A DNA stretch of 63,959 bases, the filler included, from Folioceros fuciformis (Eukaryota): assembly GCA_049999805.1 (NCBI GenBank). It is 13 parts of 13 records of this genome, joined end to end, with 100 filler letters (N's around TTAATTAATTAA, not from the genome) between each part and the next. Parts side by side here need not be neighbours in the genome. Positions count along the whole stretch, not along the records: positions 33,994 to 36,245 come from JBNGIO010005573.1; positions 36,346 to 44,226 come from JBNGIO010005574.1; positions 44,327 to 48,017 come from JBNGIO010005575.1; 10 more parts are not named here. The stretch is one strand, 5' to 3'. Below, in pieces: positions 34,142 to 45,745 of the stretch. The translations under genes and the position numbers were made by a program. Under the pieces are notes generated by a model. That model was not told the origin of the DNA. It saw only the letters and a list, made by a program, of their open reading frames with translations, and searched no databases. Position 1 is the stretch's first letter; each line of letters begins with the position of its first letter.

Positions 34142-36245
34142 TCAGGACGTGCAGAATCGGGCTCAACGGGATTGACGCAAGCAGGAGGCAAGCTGGGGCG
34201 GGCAGCGTTCAGGCGGATCAGAGGTGGGCGCTGGCACCTAGGCAAGCGGCGCCCCAAGCAAGCGGGTGCCAGGATCAGTCTAGTACGCTGGATCATGGGG
34301 TTGGTTGGCCGGATCTGGCCAGGCATCCAACAGGCGGGGCATAGGCGGCCTCTGGGCAAGCGGCCCGGCTGCTAGGCTAGCTTGTCTGGCCGGGTGGCTC
34401 GGAAGGCTGGAGGTAGGCAGCAGGGGCCGGGTCGGGGAGCTGGCAAGCGGCTCAGCGGCTGCCGGATCTGGAAGGTGTCAGGCGGCCAAGGCTGGATCGT
34501 CGTGACGGGCTGCTCGGATCCAGGCAGGCTGGCAATCATAGCAGTGAGGCAGGCAGGCGGCCTGGCTACTGGCAGGCCGCATGGCCAGACCCAGGTCGGG
34601 GGCTGGGCCGGATCGGACAGGTTGCCTAGCAGGCAGTCGTGTAGGTTAGGCGGGCGGTGGCGGAGCACAAGTAGCAGCCTGATGGGGGGTTTGCTAGAGC
34701 TAGATGGGCGGTTTGGCTGGTCATAGGTGAGAGCAGGTGCCGGATCGACGGCTACTGTGGAGGGGACAACCAGGCCAGGCCGTGGCGACTGTGGAGCTGG
34801 TTGTCGGTGGCCGATCCAGGTCGGTGTAGGCCGCGAACGGGCAGCTAGTAGGGGGATCGACAGCAACTGGGGACTAGGCCACACCAAGCAGGCCGGCTTG
34901 GAATCGACTGGTGATGGCGGGCTGCTGGAGCGAGTTGGTCGCCTGGCTACTAAGGAGCCTGGCCGCAGCCCAACCTGGCCTAGCTACAGGTAGGCTGCGG
35001 GCCGGTCTGTTGGCCTAGCTTCTGGCCAGGTTTAGGAGGGCAGGAGGCCGGGCATGTCGGTGGCAGGCCAGCTGAAGGGTAAGCGGCCATCTTGGGGTCC
35101 GGGCTGGCTGTGGCTGCCCATGACTGGTGCCAGGCAGCCTGGAGTGCAAAGGAGCAGCCAGCTGACGGGCGGGCTGGCTGGCCTGGCTGGGCGGATCCAA
35201 GCTGGTCGAGACCGGGGTTGGATCTGGAGGTTGGCAAGCGGTCAGCAGCAGTCGGGTGTTGGTCGGCAGGGCGCTCCGAGGCTGCGGTAGTATCAGATTC
35301 AGGAGGCAGACCAGCCAGGCGCGGGCAATGGCATAAGGTCCTGGTCAGGCTGGCTGGGCAGGTGGCCTGGCCATGGCAGCTGGTCGCAGCTGGGCCAGAT
35401 AGCCTAAGGTGGCGCTGGATCGTAGCCAAACGGACCTCTGGCTGATCCAGATCGTGCTGGCCAGGAGGGGGGGCCAGGGATGCGAGAAGGATGGTAGAGG
35501 GGCTGCTAGCTGGTGATGGCTGGCTGAGGAGCTTAGCCAAGCAACCCAGCCCGCGCCGGTGGCGAGCAAGCTGCCGGGATTGGATCCCGGCTAGGATCTT
35601 TGCTAGGCCGCGAGACTGGCTGGCCACAGGCACAAGGGGCAGCCTGATAGCAGCAACCAGGCGACGCAGTGTTCAGACAGTCATGGCTGGCTATCTTGGA
35701 TCGCGTCCATCAGGATAGCTGGCTAGGGGCTCTAGATGGCCGGGGCGAGATTAAGAAGCTAGACAGCAGCCTGGCTGCAAGACCCCAAGCAGGCTGTCGG
35801 CCAGTCGGATCAGGGGGGATAGGTTGGCTGATCGGACTGCCAACCTGCCCGGGCAAATCGGCCAGCCGGAGTGCAGGAGGCCCAGCTGGGCGCCTAGGCT
35901 GGTTGTGGTTGGTCACGCCCGCAGACAGGCAGCCTAGTGCCGGCCAGGTGGGCGCTGTCGACCTGGCCAAACGCTGGAGGCGGGCTGTCGGCAGGGCGAT
36001 CTGGGCTGGGGCTGGCCGGGATCCGGCTGACCGCAGGCTCAAGGAGCAGGTGGCCCGAGTCGTCAGCATGCAGGCAGCCCGGTCTAGCGGCAGGCAGACT
36101 GGCAGCTGATGACTGGGGGGGAAGGTCTGCTGGCTGGTGGTGGGTTGCTGAAGAACCTAGCCAGCAGCCATCCCGACCCGGCAGTAGGTAGGCTCCGATC
36201 AGGATCCAGGCCGCGCATCCCAGCAGGCGGCAGGATCCAGACCAG
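34142..36245 (+). repeat. GC-rich degenerate repeat of the gypsy LTR type
   Basis: 34145-34330 is homologous to 23944-24170. Same GGCTGGCC/GGCAGG/GGATC composition. Confidence 0.7.
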
Positions 36246-36345
36246 NNNNNNNNNNNNNNNNNNNNNNNNNNNNNNNNNNNNNNNNNNNNTTAATTAATTA
36301 ANNNNNNNNNNNNNNNNNNNNNNNNNNNNNNNNNNNNNNNNNNNN

Positions 36346-37095
36346 TGCTGGGCCAGTTAAAATTCAAGCAGTTCAAAAGTTTCGCACGTCGCTTGGTATC
36401 ATTGTGGAGTCGGAGGCTGTGTGTGATACAGGTATTGCGACAGCTCCTGTTTGGGGCCCAATGGCTTTTTCATCCTTCTCCGACGTCTCAACTCCACATA
36501 TTCGTCACCAAATTCTATTTCATGATGTCCCTATCAGCTTATCAATGGAGGAATTCAAGGAAGAAGTTCTCGAAGACAATTACATCACCTTCGAGGATGA
36601 GCCTCGGTGGCTCCTCCGGGATCTTTCTACCAAGCGGCATTCTTCTGTTTTGGTATCCCTTCCCGACGATGATTCTGCATCTGCAATTCTTCGGCGTGGC
36701 CTTGCTTTGCAGGAGCACTTGCTGCAGGTGACACCTTTTGTACCCAATGCCCGCCCTACTCAATGCTTTCGGTGTCAACGTTTTGGACACACTTAGACCT
36801 TCTACAGGAGCGCGGAGCGATGCTTGAACTGTGGTGGGCCTCATCCAACTTCGGATTGTAAAGTGGCAACCTCTCTATGCTGCAACTGCCATGGATCTCA
36901 TCGGGCCACTTACCCTTCATGCCCTACTTGCCTCGAAGCTAACTCCAAGTTTTTCTCTCGACCAGGCCCCTCATGAGTTCCCTCAAGATCTTTCAACTTA
37001 AATGTCACCGATCCTGTGTCGTCATCTCTACTCTTCTGAATCTGCTTCTGTCGTCCTTTGACATTCTTTTCCTTCATGAGCCTTATGTCATTAAC
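36346..37095 (+). mobile_element. Non-LTR retrotransposon of Tad1/R1/I type: ORF1 C-half with three zinc knuckles (to 36976) and ORF2 endonuclease start (36973), cut by a copia insertion
   Basis: PRWL...KRHSSVLV...QCFRCQRFGHT*...CLNCGGPHPTSDC...CCNCHGSHRATYPSCP. ATGA stop/start overlap at 36973-36976. ORF2 begins MSSLKIFQLKCHRS...FDILFLHEPY. Confidence 0.8.
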
Positions 37096-37566
37096 TGTTA
37101 AACCCCTAGGGTTATTAGTAACCACGGCCACTAGTTACCTAGCTACCTAGATTAGGGTTATTTATATTATGAGGGGTTATGTAGTTAACTTTAGGATTAA
37201 GTATATAAACACAACTTATTGTCAAGTTTGCTGTCTCTCTCTAGCAATTTTGACATGGTGTCAGAGCTATCTGATATTTTTATTTTTAGTTGCATTGATT
37301 TTTCATGAAAGGAATCACTATTAAGAAGTACAGGATGCGACAGTGTGCATAATCTAATATGTCTATATAGTCTAATATGTCTATCATATATAGATTCTAT
37401 GCATTATCGTATCTATACTTCCCAATAGTTTCTCTCCTTCATCAACAATTGCAAATTCTATTCCCTTGCCACAGATGGGGAATTTCCAAGTTCTCTATTG
37501 GCACATGAAAACGTTTCCGCTGCACTGCTAAAAAGGGAGATATGCAAAATATATCTCAAGTGCAAA

Positions 37567-38130
37567 ATGCCTCGAAGAAATAGGACTCGGGAGCCTGGTG
37601 CACGAAGTTTCTTTAACTTTATCACTGACAGGTACGTAAGGGAAAGAGATCGCCAGAGGCGGCCAACACTTCTTCCCACAAATTTCCCAGTGACAAGAAA
37701 TTCCCGAGCCCAGTTTTCCAGGCGTCACAGGCCTCCAACCCCCCCGAATTACCTTGTAATTCAAGCGAGGTTCAGGGTACCGCAACAGGACATGCAACAC
37801 TCACACACAAATTGTGAACAATCACCTAGAAATAATCACGCAGGGGAAACACATCGTTTCCATCTGCAACCATCTAGGCATAATCACGCAGTGGAATCCT
37901 CACGGTTCCATTTGCTGAGTGAAATTGCCGATGAGCCTGTTGCAAACCTAGGAGACCTTCATGTTATGCTCTTCAGGCATACCACCAGAACACAAGTTCT
38001 CACAGGGCAGATTTTTCTTGAGATCAACGAGATCAAGCATCAATTGAATGCCCTGGTCACAAAATTAAATGAAGACTTTCACATCAGCGATGGCCCTGTG
38101 ATTGACGGCCATCGACACACCATCCTGTGA
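37567..38130 (+). CDS. Extra ORF between PBS and gag of copia B (187 aa, basic N-terminus, heptad C-terminus)
   Basis: Open frame from ATG 37567. Motif RYVRERDRQRR is shared with the ORF at 44833-45282. Confidence 0.65.
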   Translation: MPRRNRTREPGARSFFNFITDRYVRERDRQRRPTLLPTNFPVTRNSRAQFSRRHRPPTPPNYLVIQARFRVPQQDMQHSHTNCEQSPRNNHAGETHRFHLQPSRHNHAVESSRFHLLSEIADEPVANLGDLHVMLFRHTTRTQVLTGQIFLEINEIKHQLNALVTKLNEDFHISDGPVIDGHRHTIL

Positions 38131-38535
38131 TAGCTGCGGGCTCACCCCGATCCTTTGCTTGGCCAAGCAATCTTGCAAACAAGCAAGGGAGATACGAAAC
38201 GCCGTGAGCAGATTTTTCACGCATCTGTGATAGAGCAGGGACACACATACATCTGGTGAAAGGACGCGATTTGCAGAAACAGGCATCACCGGCAGCGAAA
38301 GGACGGGACTCTCGCTAACACACGGGCATCACGGCAGCGGGAGGACGCGATCGCAAGTGAAACCCCAGTATCCGTGAAAGGACAGGTTTCCCAAGCGGCA
38401 CCAACCTGCAGCCTCGCCTCCTAACCCCGTGCCGTCCGACGTCCTCGCAATCTGCAACCAGACCGCAGATACACATCCGGGATCTGCCACCACACACCAT
38501 CAGATACAATCTGAATCCAACTTTGCACCGAAAAC

Positions 38536-39447
38536 ATGGCTGAAAATTCTGGAGACGCAGGTTCTGATGCTAGTGACGATCTCGGGCTTTATGCCGGAGA
38601 TCCTGGGTCCGATGCAGGTGTGATCCTAGGTGCCGGCGCCTCAACCGGTGTAGGCGCTTCCACGGCTGCGGGTATGCCTTCCCTCCCAAGCTCACCGCCA
38701 CACGGAGCGCCCGGCACCTTCCCACCTGCAGCAAACCCTGGAGGACATCCAGGCAATGCCGTGAGCACATCAGGCTTTGGAAACGGCAACAATGGCCTGT
38801 TCAGCGGTTTCGGCACGTGATCATATTATACCTTCACCTCTGCTGGATCTGGAGCGGGCCTATCTGCTGCTCAAGGAACCGGTGCCTCGTCCTACCCCAG
38901 TTTCTCCACGTCCCGGTACTTCAACCCCCTACCATCCCTCGGAGCGGGATATGGGAATCCTTTGCCTGCACCAGGAGCTGGATTCGCCAATCCCCTGCCG
39001 GTATATGGAGTCGGGTCTGGAAATTCCGCGAGTGGGCAAGGAACATGGTTTGGACAGGTACCTCAGCCTGGGCAAGGGCTTCCACAGCCACCTCTGCCAG
39101 GCTCAGCACTCACACAGCAGACACATCAGGCCGCCCTTCTGCCACCCTTCCCTGCATATCAGCCAACCTACACAATAGAGTTTAAGGAACGTGACAGGTT
39201 CAATGGAACTAAATACCCCGTCTGGAGCGTCCGTATGCATGGAGCCCTTGATGCTCGGCATGTGTGGAGCGTCGAGAGCGGGCAGTTTCAACAACCTGCA
39301 GTTACTTCTCCGCAGCCTGACCAGGACAGATGGGAGAATGCTAACACTGTGGCTCGTGCCCTCATCATAAGTGGCTTGGACGAGGTGTTAGTGCCCGATG
39401 TGGCCTTCCTCACTAAGGCTGAAGACATATGGACACAACTGGCATAG
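38536..39447 (+). pseudogene. gag: Copia B gag N-part with a long Gly/Pro-rich leader; one in-frame stop; truncated
   Basis: ORFs 38536-38820 and 38962-39447 are in the same frame. FKERDRFNGTKYPVWSVRM motif. Confidence 0.85.
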
Positions 39448-39479
39448 ACGTACGACGTGAAGAACGTGCTTACCCTCTG

Positions 39480-42284
39480 TGCTATTCCTGGACATACCCC
39501 CTCAAGCGAAAATCAGACACTTTCTTGCTATTCAAAGAGTGGCTCACAATGATACAGAGACAGACTGGGACTCACCTCCGCTGCTTAAGATTAGATAACG
39601 GCACAGAGTTTGTGAATGCTGCTTTTGACGATTATCTTGCAGCTCAGGGTGCAGTCCGCCAGCTCAGTATCCCTTATACTCAGCAACAAAATGGGGTAGC
39701 CGAACACCGTAATCAAACTTTGCTCAGCATAACAAGGAGTATGTTGGCGTGGTCCGGGCTCAGCAAAGCCTACTGGGCAGAGGCAGTTGTCACTGCCACT
39801 TATATTCTTAATAGGCTTCTCACTTCAACAGTTCCTGACCAGACTCCTTTCGAGATGATTTGGAAGCGCAAGCCTAGTTTGCTTCATCTTCGAGTATTTG
39901 GCTCACCTGCCTATGCTTACATCCATGAAGAACAGCGCAGGAAGCTTGAGGATAGGGCTCGACCTCTCGTATTTGTTGGTTATGGTGAGGAGACCAAAGC
40001 TTATAAGCTTTATGACCCTCACTCCAGGTCTTCCATATTTGCCCGCAGTGTCACTTTTAAGGAATTGACAGCTCCTGCTTCCCCTGCGACTACTTCTTCA
40101 GCACCCTCTCCTCCGGACACGGCTGACTTTGATGAGACACCCTCCGAGTATCCTCAAGATGCTGCATATGAACCGCCACGTGCTCCTCGTTTTTGTCAAC
40201 CAGCTGGCAGTTCAGGGGGTGGAAATGCAGCAGCTCAGTCATCAGTACTTGTTCCTGTGCCCGCACCACCAACTCAGCTGTTGCCTACAGCACTACAGGA
40301 GACACCAGAGGATGACACAAATCAGGACGCTGAGCTTCCAATACCTGATGCTGAAGTGATGCATGAGCTCGAGGACGATACACTAGTTGATGAGACTGCA
40401 GCCGATTCACCTGTCATAGAGCCTGAAGTTGCTTCACTTGTTGACGAGGCTGAAGATGTTGCTGAGCCACTTACTGACGAGCTGGAACATGCTGCGGACT
40501 CAACTGTTGAGCCACCTGAGCTGGAGACTCCTGAGGAACCAGCTGCTGAACCTGCACCAATTGTTGAAGAGCGTAGGTATCCCAGCAGATCCCGTCCATC
40601 AAGGGAGAATTGGAGCACTAGGCCGTATGAACCCGAAGACTTCAGGATTCCTCGATCTGCTCGTCTTTGTGAGGCTTTCTCCACCATCACTCTTCATCCC
40701 GCAGAACCCCGCACATACCAAGAGGCTATTACTGGCCCTGACAAACATCACTGGGTTCCTTCCATTCAAGATGAATATAATTCTTTGATTAAGAATGGCA
40801 CATGGGAGCTATGTCCTTTACCTACCGGGAGAAGATCGGTTAGCTGCAAATGGGTGTTTAAGCACAAGCTGAATGCTCAGGGAGAAATAGCCCGCTATAA
40901 GTCGCGTTTAGTTGCTAGGGGCTTCTCTCAAGTCGCAGGTGTAGACTTTAATGAAACTTTCAGCCCTGTTGTGAAGACGCAGACCATCAGGATGGTGCTG
41001 GCTCTTGCAGCTGCGAGAGACTGGGATCTCGAGCAGATGGACGTTTCAACTACTTTCCTGTACGGCGAGCTTGAAGAAGATATATACATGGATCAACCTG
41101 AAGGATTTGTAGACCCTGAACATCCTGATTGGGTCTGCAAATTGAACAAAACTCTATATGGCTTGAAGCAAAGTGCCCGTGAATGGCACAAGTGTATCGA
41201 TAAATATCTCAAGTCGATTGGCTTCATCCAGAACCCAGCTGATTCGAACGTGTATATTTACTCCAAAGGAGGTCATCTGGTCATACTAGCTCTGTACGTG
41301 GATGACGTTATACTTGCTTCCAACAACAGAGAGCTCTTGGCCTCGGTGAAAGGTATGTTGCACAAGGAATATGATATGAAGGACATTGGACCACTTACCT
41401 TTGTCCTTGGTGTTCAGCTGTTGAGAGATAGAGACACTCGCACACTTATCTTGCACCAGACAAAGTATATTGGCGAGACTCTTCGACGCTTTAACTTGCA
41501 GGATGCTAAACCTGTGAGCACAACAGGAAGCGTTGGGGTTAAACTTTCTGCTCAACAGTGCCCACAAGATGATTTTGAGCGTGAAGCCATGAGTCAGGTC
41601 CCTTACCGGCATGCCGTGGGCTGCCTTAACTACATAGCATGCTGGACTAGGCCGGATATTCAGCACTCCGTAAGTGCTGTTTCTCAATACCTTGAGAATC
41701 CTGGTCCCGAGCATTGGATGGCAGTTAAAAGGATTCTCGGATATCTTAAAGGCACCTCCACCTTTGGTTTATGTTTTCAGGGTAGTGACCTAGCACTCAC
41801 TCTTGAGGGATATGCAGATGCATACTGGGCTACAGACTTGGATCAAAGGAAAAGCATTTCTGCATATTGTTTCCTGCTTTCTGGTGCAGTCGTCAACTGG
41901 AGCTCGAAGAAACAAACTTCGATAGCTCTTTCATCAACAGAAGCAGAATACAAGGCCCTAACAAACTCAGCCAAGGAGGCTGAATGAGAGCGCACTTTCC
42001 TAGCTGGTTTGGGTTTTCAATAGTCGATTCCCACAACCATCTTCTGCGACAATATGTCGACTATTGCCCTGGTTGGGAATCCCCGTTTCCATGCGCGCAC
42101 CAAACATATTGAGATTCAGCATCACTTTGTTAGACACTCTGTGGAGCGCAAGGTGATCAAAATTGAACATATATCGACGGAGCTAAACACAGCCGACGTG
42201 CTTACAAAGAGCTTACCGACGAGCAAGCATGTTTTTCATATGGAGGCACTGGGCCTGGTAGAATACTCTTCCTATTTGCCTTGA
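39480..42284 (+). pseudogene. pol: Copia B pol: integrase core, RT, RNase H
   Basis: LDNGTEF, QQNGVAE, CKWVFK, KSRLVARGF, QMDV, LYGLKQ, LYVDD, SSTEAEY, HARTKHI. Stops at 41985 and 42021. Confidence 0.95.
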
Positions 42285-43199
42285 TTGCTGCAGGTGGCTG
42301 TTCCAGGTGCTGGGCGGATGAAGCTCCTCTGCTTATCTAATCGTCTAGCACCTCGCTGTGTCCTACTTCGGCAATGGGACCTTGGCGGCTTTCTCCAGCT
42401 GATCTTTCAGCTCCTCCGGGATGCCGGCTCGCCTCTTCACCGGTCTCACTGCGCCTGCCAATGACAGTTTTTGCTTCCCAGTCTGCCACCTCAATTCGCT
42501 GCTCTGTCGCATAGCATAACCCGCTTTCTTCATCACGCGCTGTTGGTGCTCAGCTCAGATCAGCACGAAGGCTGCTATCGCCAGGGTCCACAGCTTCACC
42601 GCCAGCCACCCTTAGTCTTGGCTTGTAGGCTAACCAGCGTTCCGTGGTTAAGGGGGTGTGTTAAACCCCTAGGGTTATTAGTAACCACAGCCACTAGCTA
42701 CCTAGATTAGGGTTATTTATATTATGAGGGGTTATGTAGTTAACTTTAGGGTTAAGTATATAAACACAACTCTCTTTGTAAATTTATTATCATTATTATT
42801 ATTGTCAAGTTTGCTGTCTCTCTCTAGCAGTTTTGACACGAGGGGAGCAAGTAGGTGGGAGAAGTAAGGGGAGCAAGCAGCTAGGAGAAGCAAGGGCAGC
42901 AAGCAGCTGGGAGAAGCAAGGGCAGCAAGCAGCTGGAGCTAATGAGCTCTATTCGTGGCAAAGGAGGCAAGGCCTTGTCCATTACTTCTTCCCATGCAGA
43001 GTAGCAAGGCCTGTCATATAACTAAAGGGCTACCAAAATTAGAGTTGGCTTTTTGCTTTCATCGCCCTCTACATGCTAAAGCCTACTTTAGCCTACAGAA
43101 CTATTTATTGCTACGCTTGATTGCCTATTACAAATAGATTAATTGAACTCAGCCACACAACATATTTTATGTTCATCCTTATCCTCATCGCTACAATTC

Positions 43200-43461
43200 C
43201 CTATTGATAGTGAACAATAAGCAAAGTCTTCTTAAGCCTGAAGTCTACTTTTGGGTGGAGAAGAAAGAGAGAATCTATGTCATTTATTTATTTGAGAAAA
43301 TAAGATGGAAAAACCATCTATCTAAAGAGGGCCTATTGATAGTGAACAATAAACAAAGTCTTCTTAAGCTTGAAGTCTACTTATGGGTGGAGAAGAGAGA
43401 GAGAATCTATGTAATTTATTTATTTGAGAAAACAAGATGAAAAAATCATCTATCTAAAGAA
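43200..43461. repeat. Tandem duplication of ~132 bp
   Basis: CCTATTGATAGTGAACAATAA...CATCTATCTAAAGA occurs twice (43200 and 43332). Confidence 0.9.
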
Positions 43462-43821
43462 GAAGATAAATCATGATAAGAACATTAGGGACTAATGTCT
43501 CAAGCCTAATGATTACCAATAGCACTAAAATATCATGCCATTTAAAAGTATTTTTAAAACTTGCATATTTTCACATAGTATTTACAAATCGATCCGAACT
43601 CACACGGTACAAAGGGAAAGAATACCCAAGTGATACAATGTGGCTGCCAGAATGCGGATAAGTGTGGGATAAAAATGCTTTGATCGGTATTGGTGGAAGG
43701 AGGATGAAACCGGGAGGTTGAAATGTGAGAAACCCTGGCAAAGGCTTAGGAGCTGGGGGTGAAGTGCGGGCACCAGAGGGCGGCGTAGGACGATCGCTGC
43801 GGCCAGGCCGCTGCAGCCAAG

Positions 43822-44226
43822 ATGCAGTGCGCGCAGCGGTACCCGGGGCTAGAGGCCCTGCAGGCCGCCCCTGCACTGCCTGCGCCAGCTCGCAGGTTGG
43901 CTGTAAAAGTAGCCCTGAGAAGCGCAGGCCAAAGCAGTCGCAAGAGCAGGAAAAATGGCGTTCGCCTCAGCATGGAAGTCGGTGCAGGGGAGGAACACCG
44001 GCAGGGCCCTCTGGGCACCTCCCCAAGCGTCCTGCTCAAGCTGCCGCTCTCCTGGGCCAGGCAGAGCAGCTCCTACCGGGCAGCTTTGCTGGCCGGTGTG
44101 CAGAAAGCCCTAATGGTGGGGGCAGGAGCAGGAGCGGCATTCCTGGTCTCAGACGGAGGAGGAGGGAGCTGGAGTGGCAATGGGGGAGGTGGAGGTGGTG
44201 GAGGGGATGGGAATTGGTTCGGGAGG
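43822..44226 (+). CDS. TOC75: N-terminus of a plastid precursor with a polyglycine stretch, probably TOC75(-III); cut by the contig end
   Basis: Basic transit-peptide-like region, then hydrophobic LLAGVQKALMVGAGAGAAFLV, then GGGGSWSGNGGGGGGGGDGNWFGR. This is the layout of the Toc75 bipartite transit peptide. RETICULATA-like proteins are an alternative. Confidence 0.55.
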
Positions 44227-44326
44227 NNNNNNNNNNNNNNNNNNNNNNNNNNNNNNNNNNNNNNNNNNNNTTAATTAATTAANNNNNNNNNNNNNNNNNN
44301 NNNNNNNNNNNNNNNNNNNNNNNNNN

Positions 44327-45745
44327 GGCCACCGTGTTAAGGTTGTTCCATTTGTCTTTCTCATCCTGGGTAGCTGATGCAGGTGGTGCCTGAAGTGTTC
44401 CGCTTGCCATAGGCCAGAGATGCCGTGCCTCCAGCGCTGACTTCATCCTCACACGCCATATCTCGTACTTCGTCCCGTTGAAGCACCATCGCTCCTTAAA
44501 ATCCACAGCATATGCCGGTGGAAGAGGAGCTGGTGGTGCAGGGAGCGGAAGAGGAGGTGGAGGCGGTGGAGGTGGAGGCGGCGGTAGTGCATTAGACATT
44601 TCACAAAGTTATTCACACGCTTCTGTAGAGGAGCACTAGATCTTGCATCCTTGCAGTGAGTTGAAGCGACGTGCAGGAGGCTGACGACGGTTGGCTCCTT
44701 CTGGTGCCAGCTGAAGTGGATAGCCAACTCACACCGTTTCGCATGTGCAGACGCGCTGTTAGCTTACAACGCGCCAATCCAGATCAGGAGTGCCAGCTTG
44801 GTGGGCTTAGCGCGCCTGTTCGCCGGATCCTCTCACAACGGTTCATATCTTTGTACACCCGTGGAGCTCATGCGATCTTGCTGTCGGATCTCTCCGATCA
44901 GCAGCACGCGCTCGAGAAGCGATGCCAGCCGTGCTTGCTGAATTGACAAATCGTCAATTTTTGCTTGCACGATGTCCAAATCTCGGAGCCGGAGCAGAAC
45001 GCAATCTCTCCCAGGTAAATTTCGTGTTGTTTTGTCATAGAATTGCCTTGAATCACTCGCTCTGTAATGGAGTTGTGAATCAATCCTGCCAAGTTCCCTG
45101 ATGCTGTCAATTGTCGCAGGTGAATGCAATTCTTGTTGAACACCGGCTCTGACGTGGGGACATTGTTGTGAGACGTTGCCCTGCTGTCTCCTGCGGTTTC
45201 GCTCCCTCACGAAGCGAGCCATGTTCCTTGGTACTTGGTACTTGGGTTGTGGTACAGGCTGGGCAGGGCGGCGCCTCGACATCCTCACTTCAGCATAGTT
45301 TGTATCTCGACAGGCTAGAGCAGCGGAATTTCGTGATTTTCTAGTCCAATGCAAGTAGCTCTTTGCATTTTTTTTTTTATTTTAGTTCAGACTAAAAAGT
45401 GTGATGCGGGCGGAGGGGTCTGCAACTAGACACATGATTAGACATGCACTCTATAGTGAATGCCTAGTGATGTGTTTAGCTGTGTATCCCATCACTAGCA
45501 CTCACAATTGAACGAGCTCTGATACCATGTTTGGGGATCGTTCGATAAGAATACAAAACTTGGACAACAAACTTGCCAAATGAACGAACGATTAATTGAT
45601 GATAAGTTTCTCCTTATATACAAAATTGTAAAGTCATGTCCTTTCGTAATTAGGTTAAACTAAGTCACTTTGATATACATAGCCCTAATCTAACTGGCGT
45701 ATGTTTATATAACGTGTAACCCTAACGGCACGGTTACTCTCAACA
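44327..45745 (-). mobile_element. 5' part of copia element C: LTR 45528-45745, PBS 45516-45527, extra ORF, gag start at 44599
   Basis: GCTCTGATACCA next to TGTTTG...TCAACA. Gag begins MSNALPPPP...FKERWCFNGTKYEIWRVRM. Confidence 0.9.
44833..45282 (-). CDS. Extra ORF between PBS and gag of copia C (149 aa)
   Basis: MSRRR...RFVRERNRRRQ...LRDLDIVQAKIDDLSIQQARLASLLERV. The frame is intact. Confidence 0.65.
   Translation of the reverse strand: MSRRRPAQPVPQPKYQVPRNMARFVRERNRRRQQGNVSQQCPHVRAGVQQELHSPATIDSIRELGRIDSQLHYRASDSRQFYDKTTRNLPGRDCVLLRLRDLDIVQAKIDDLSIQQARLASLLERVLLIGEIRQQDRMSSTGVQRYEPL

Larger units (their letters stand above)
37096..42838 (+). mobile_element. Ty1/copia element B with two LTRs (37096-37255 and 42659-42838), PBS TGGTGTCAGAGC (37256-37267) and PPT (42650-42658); internally deleted
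   Basis: Matching TGTTAAACCCCTAGGG...TTTTGACA repeats, PBS, PPT, and gag/INT/RT/RNase H gene order. Confidence 0.93.

Noticed and set aside
34084-36245. Many overlapping Pro/Ala/Gly/Arg-rich ORFs (also 9644-12185 and 22400-24500)
   Set aside because: A by-product of GC-rich low-complexity DNA. They are open on both strands and contain no domains.
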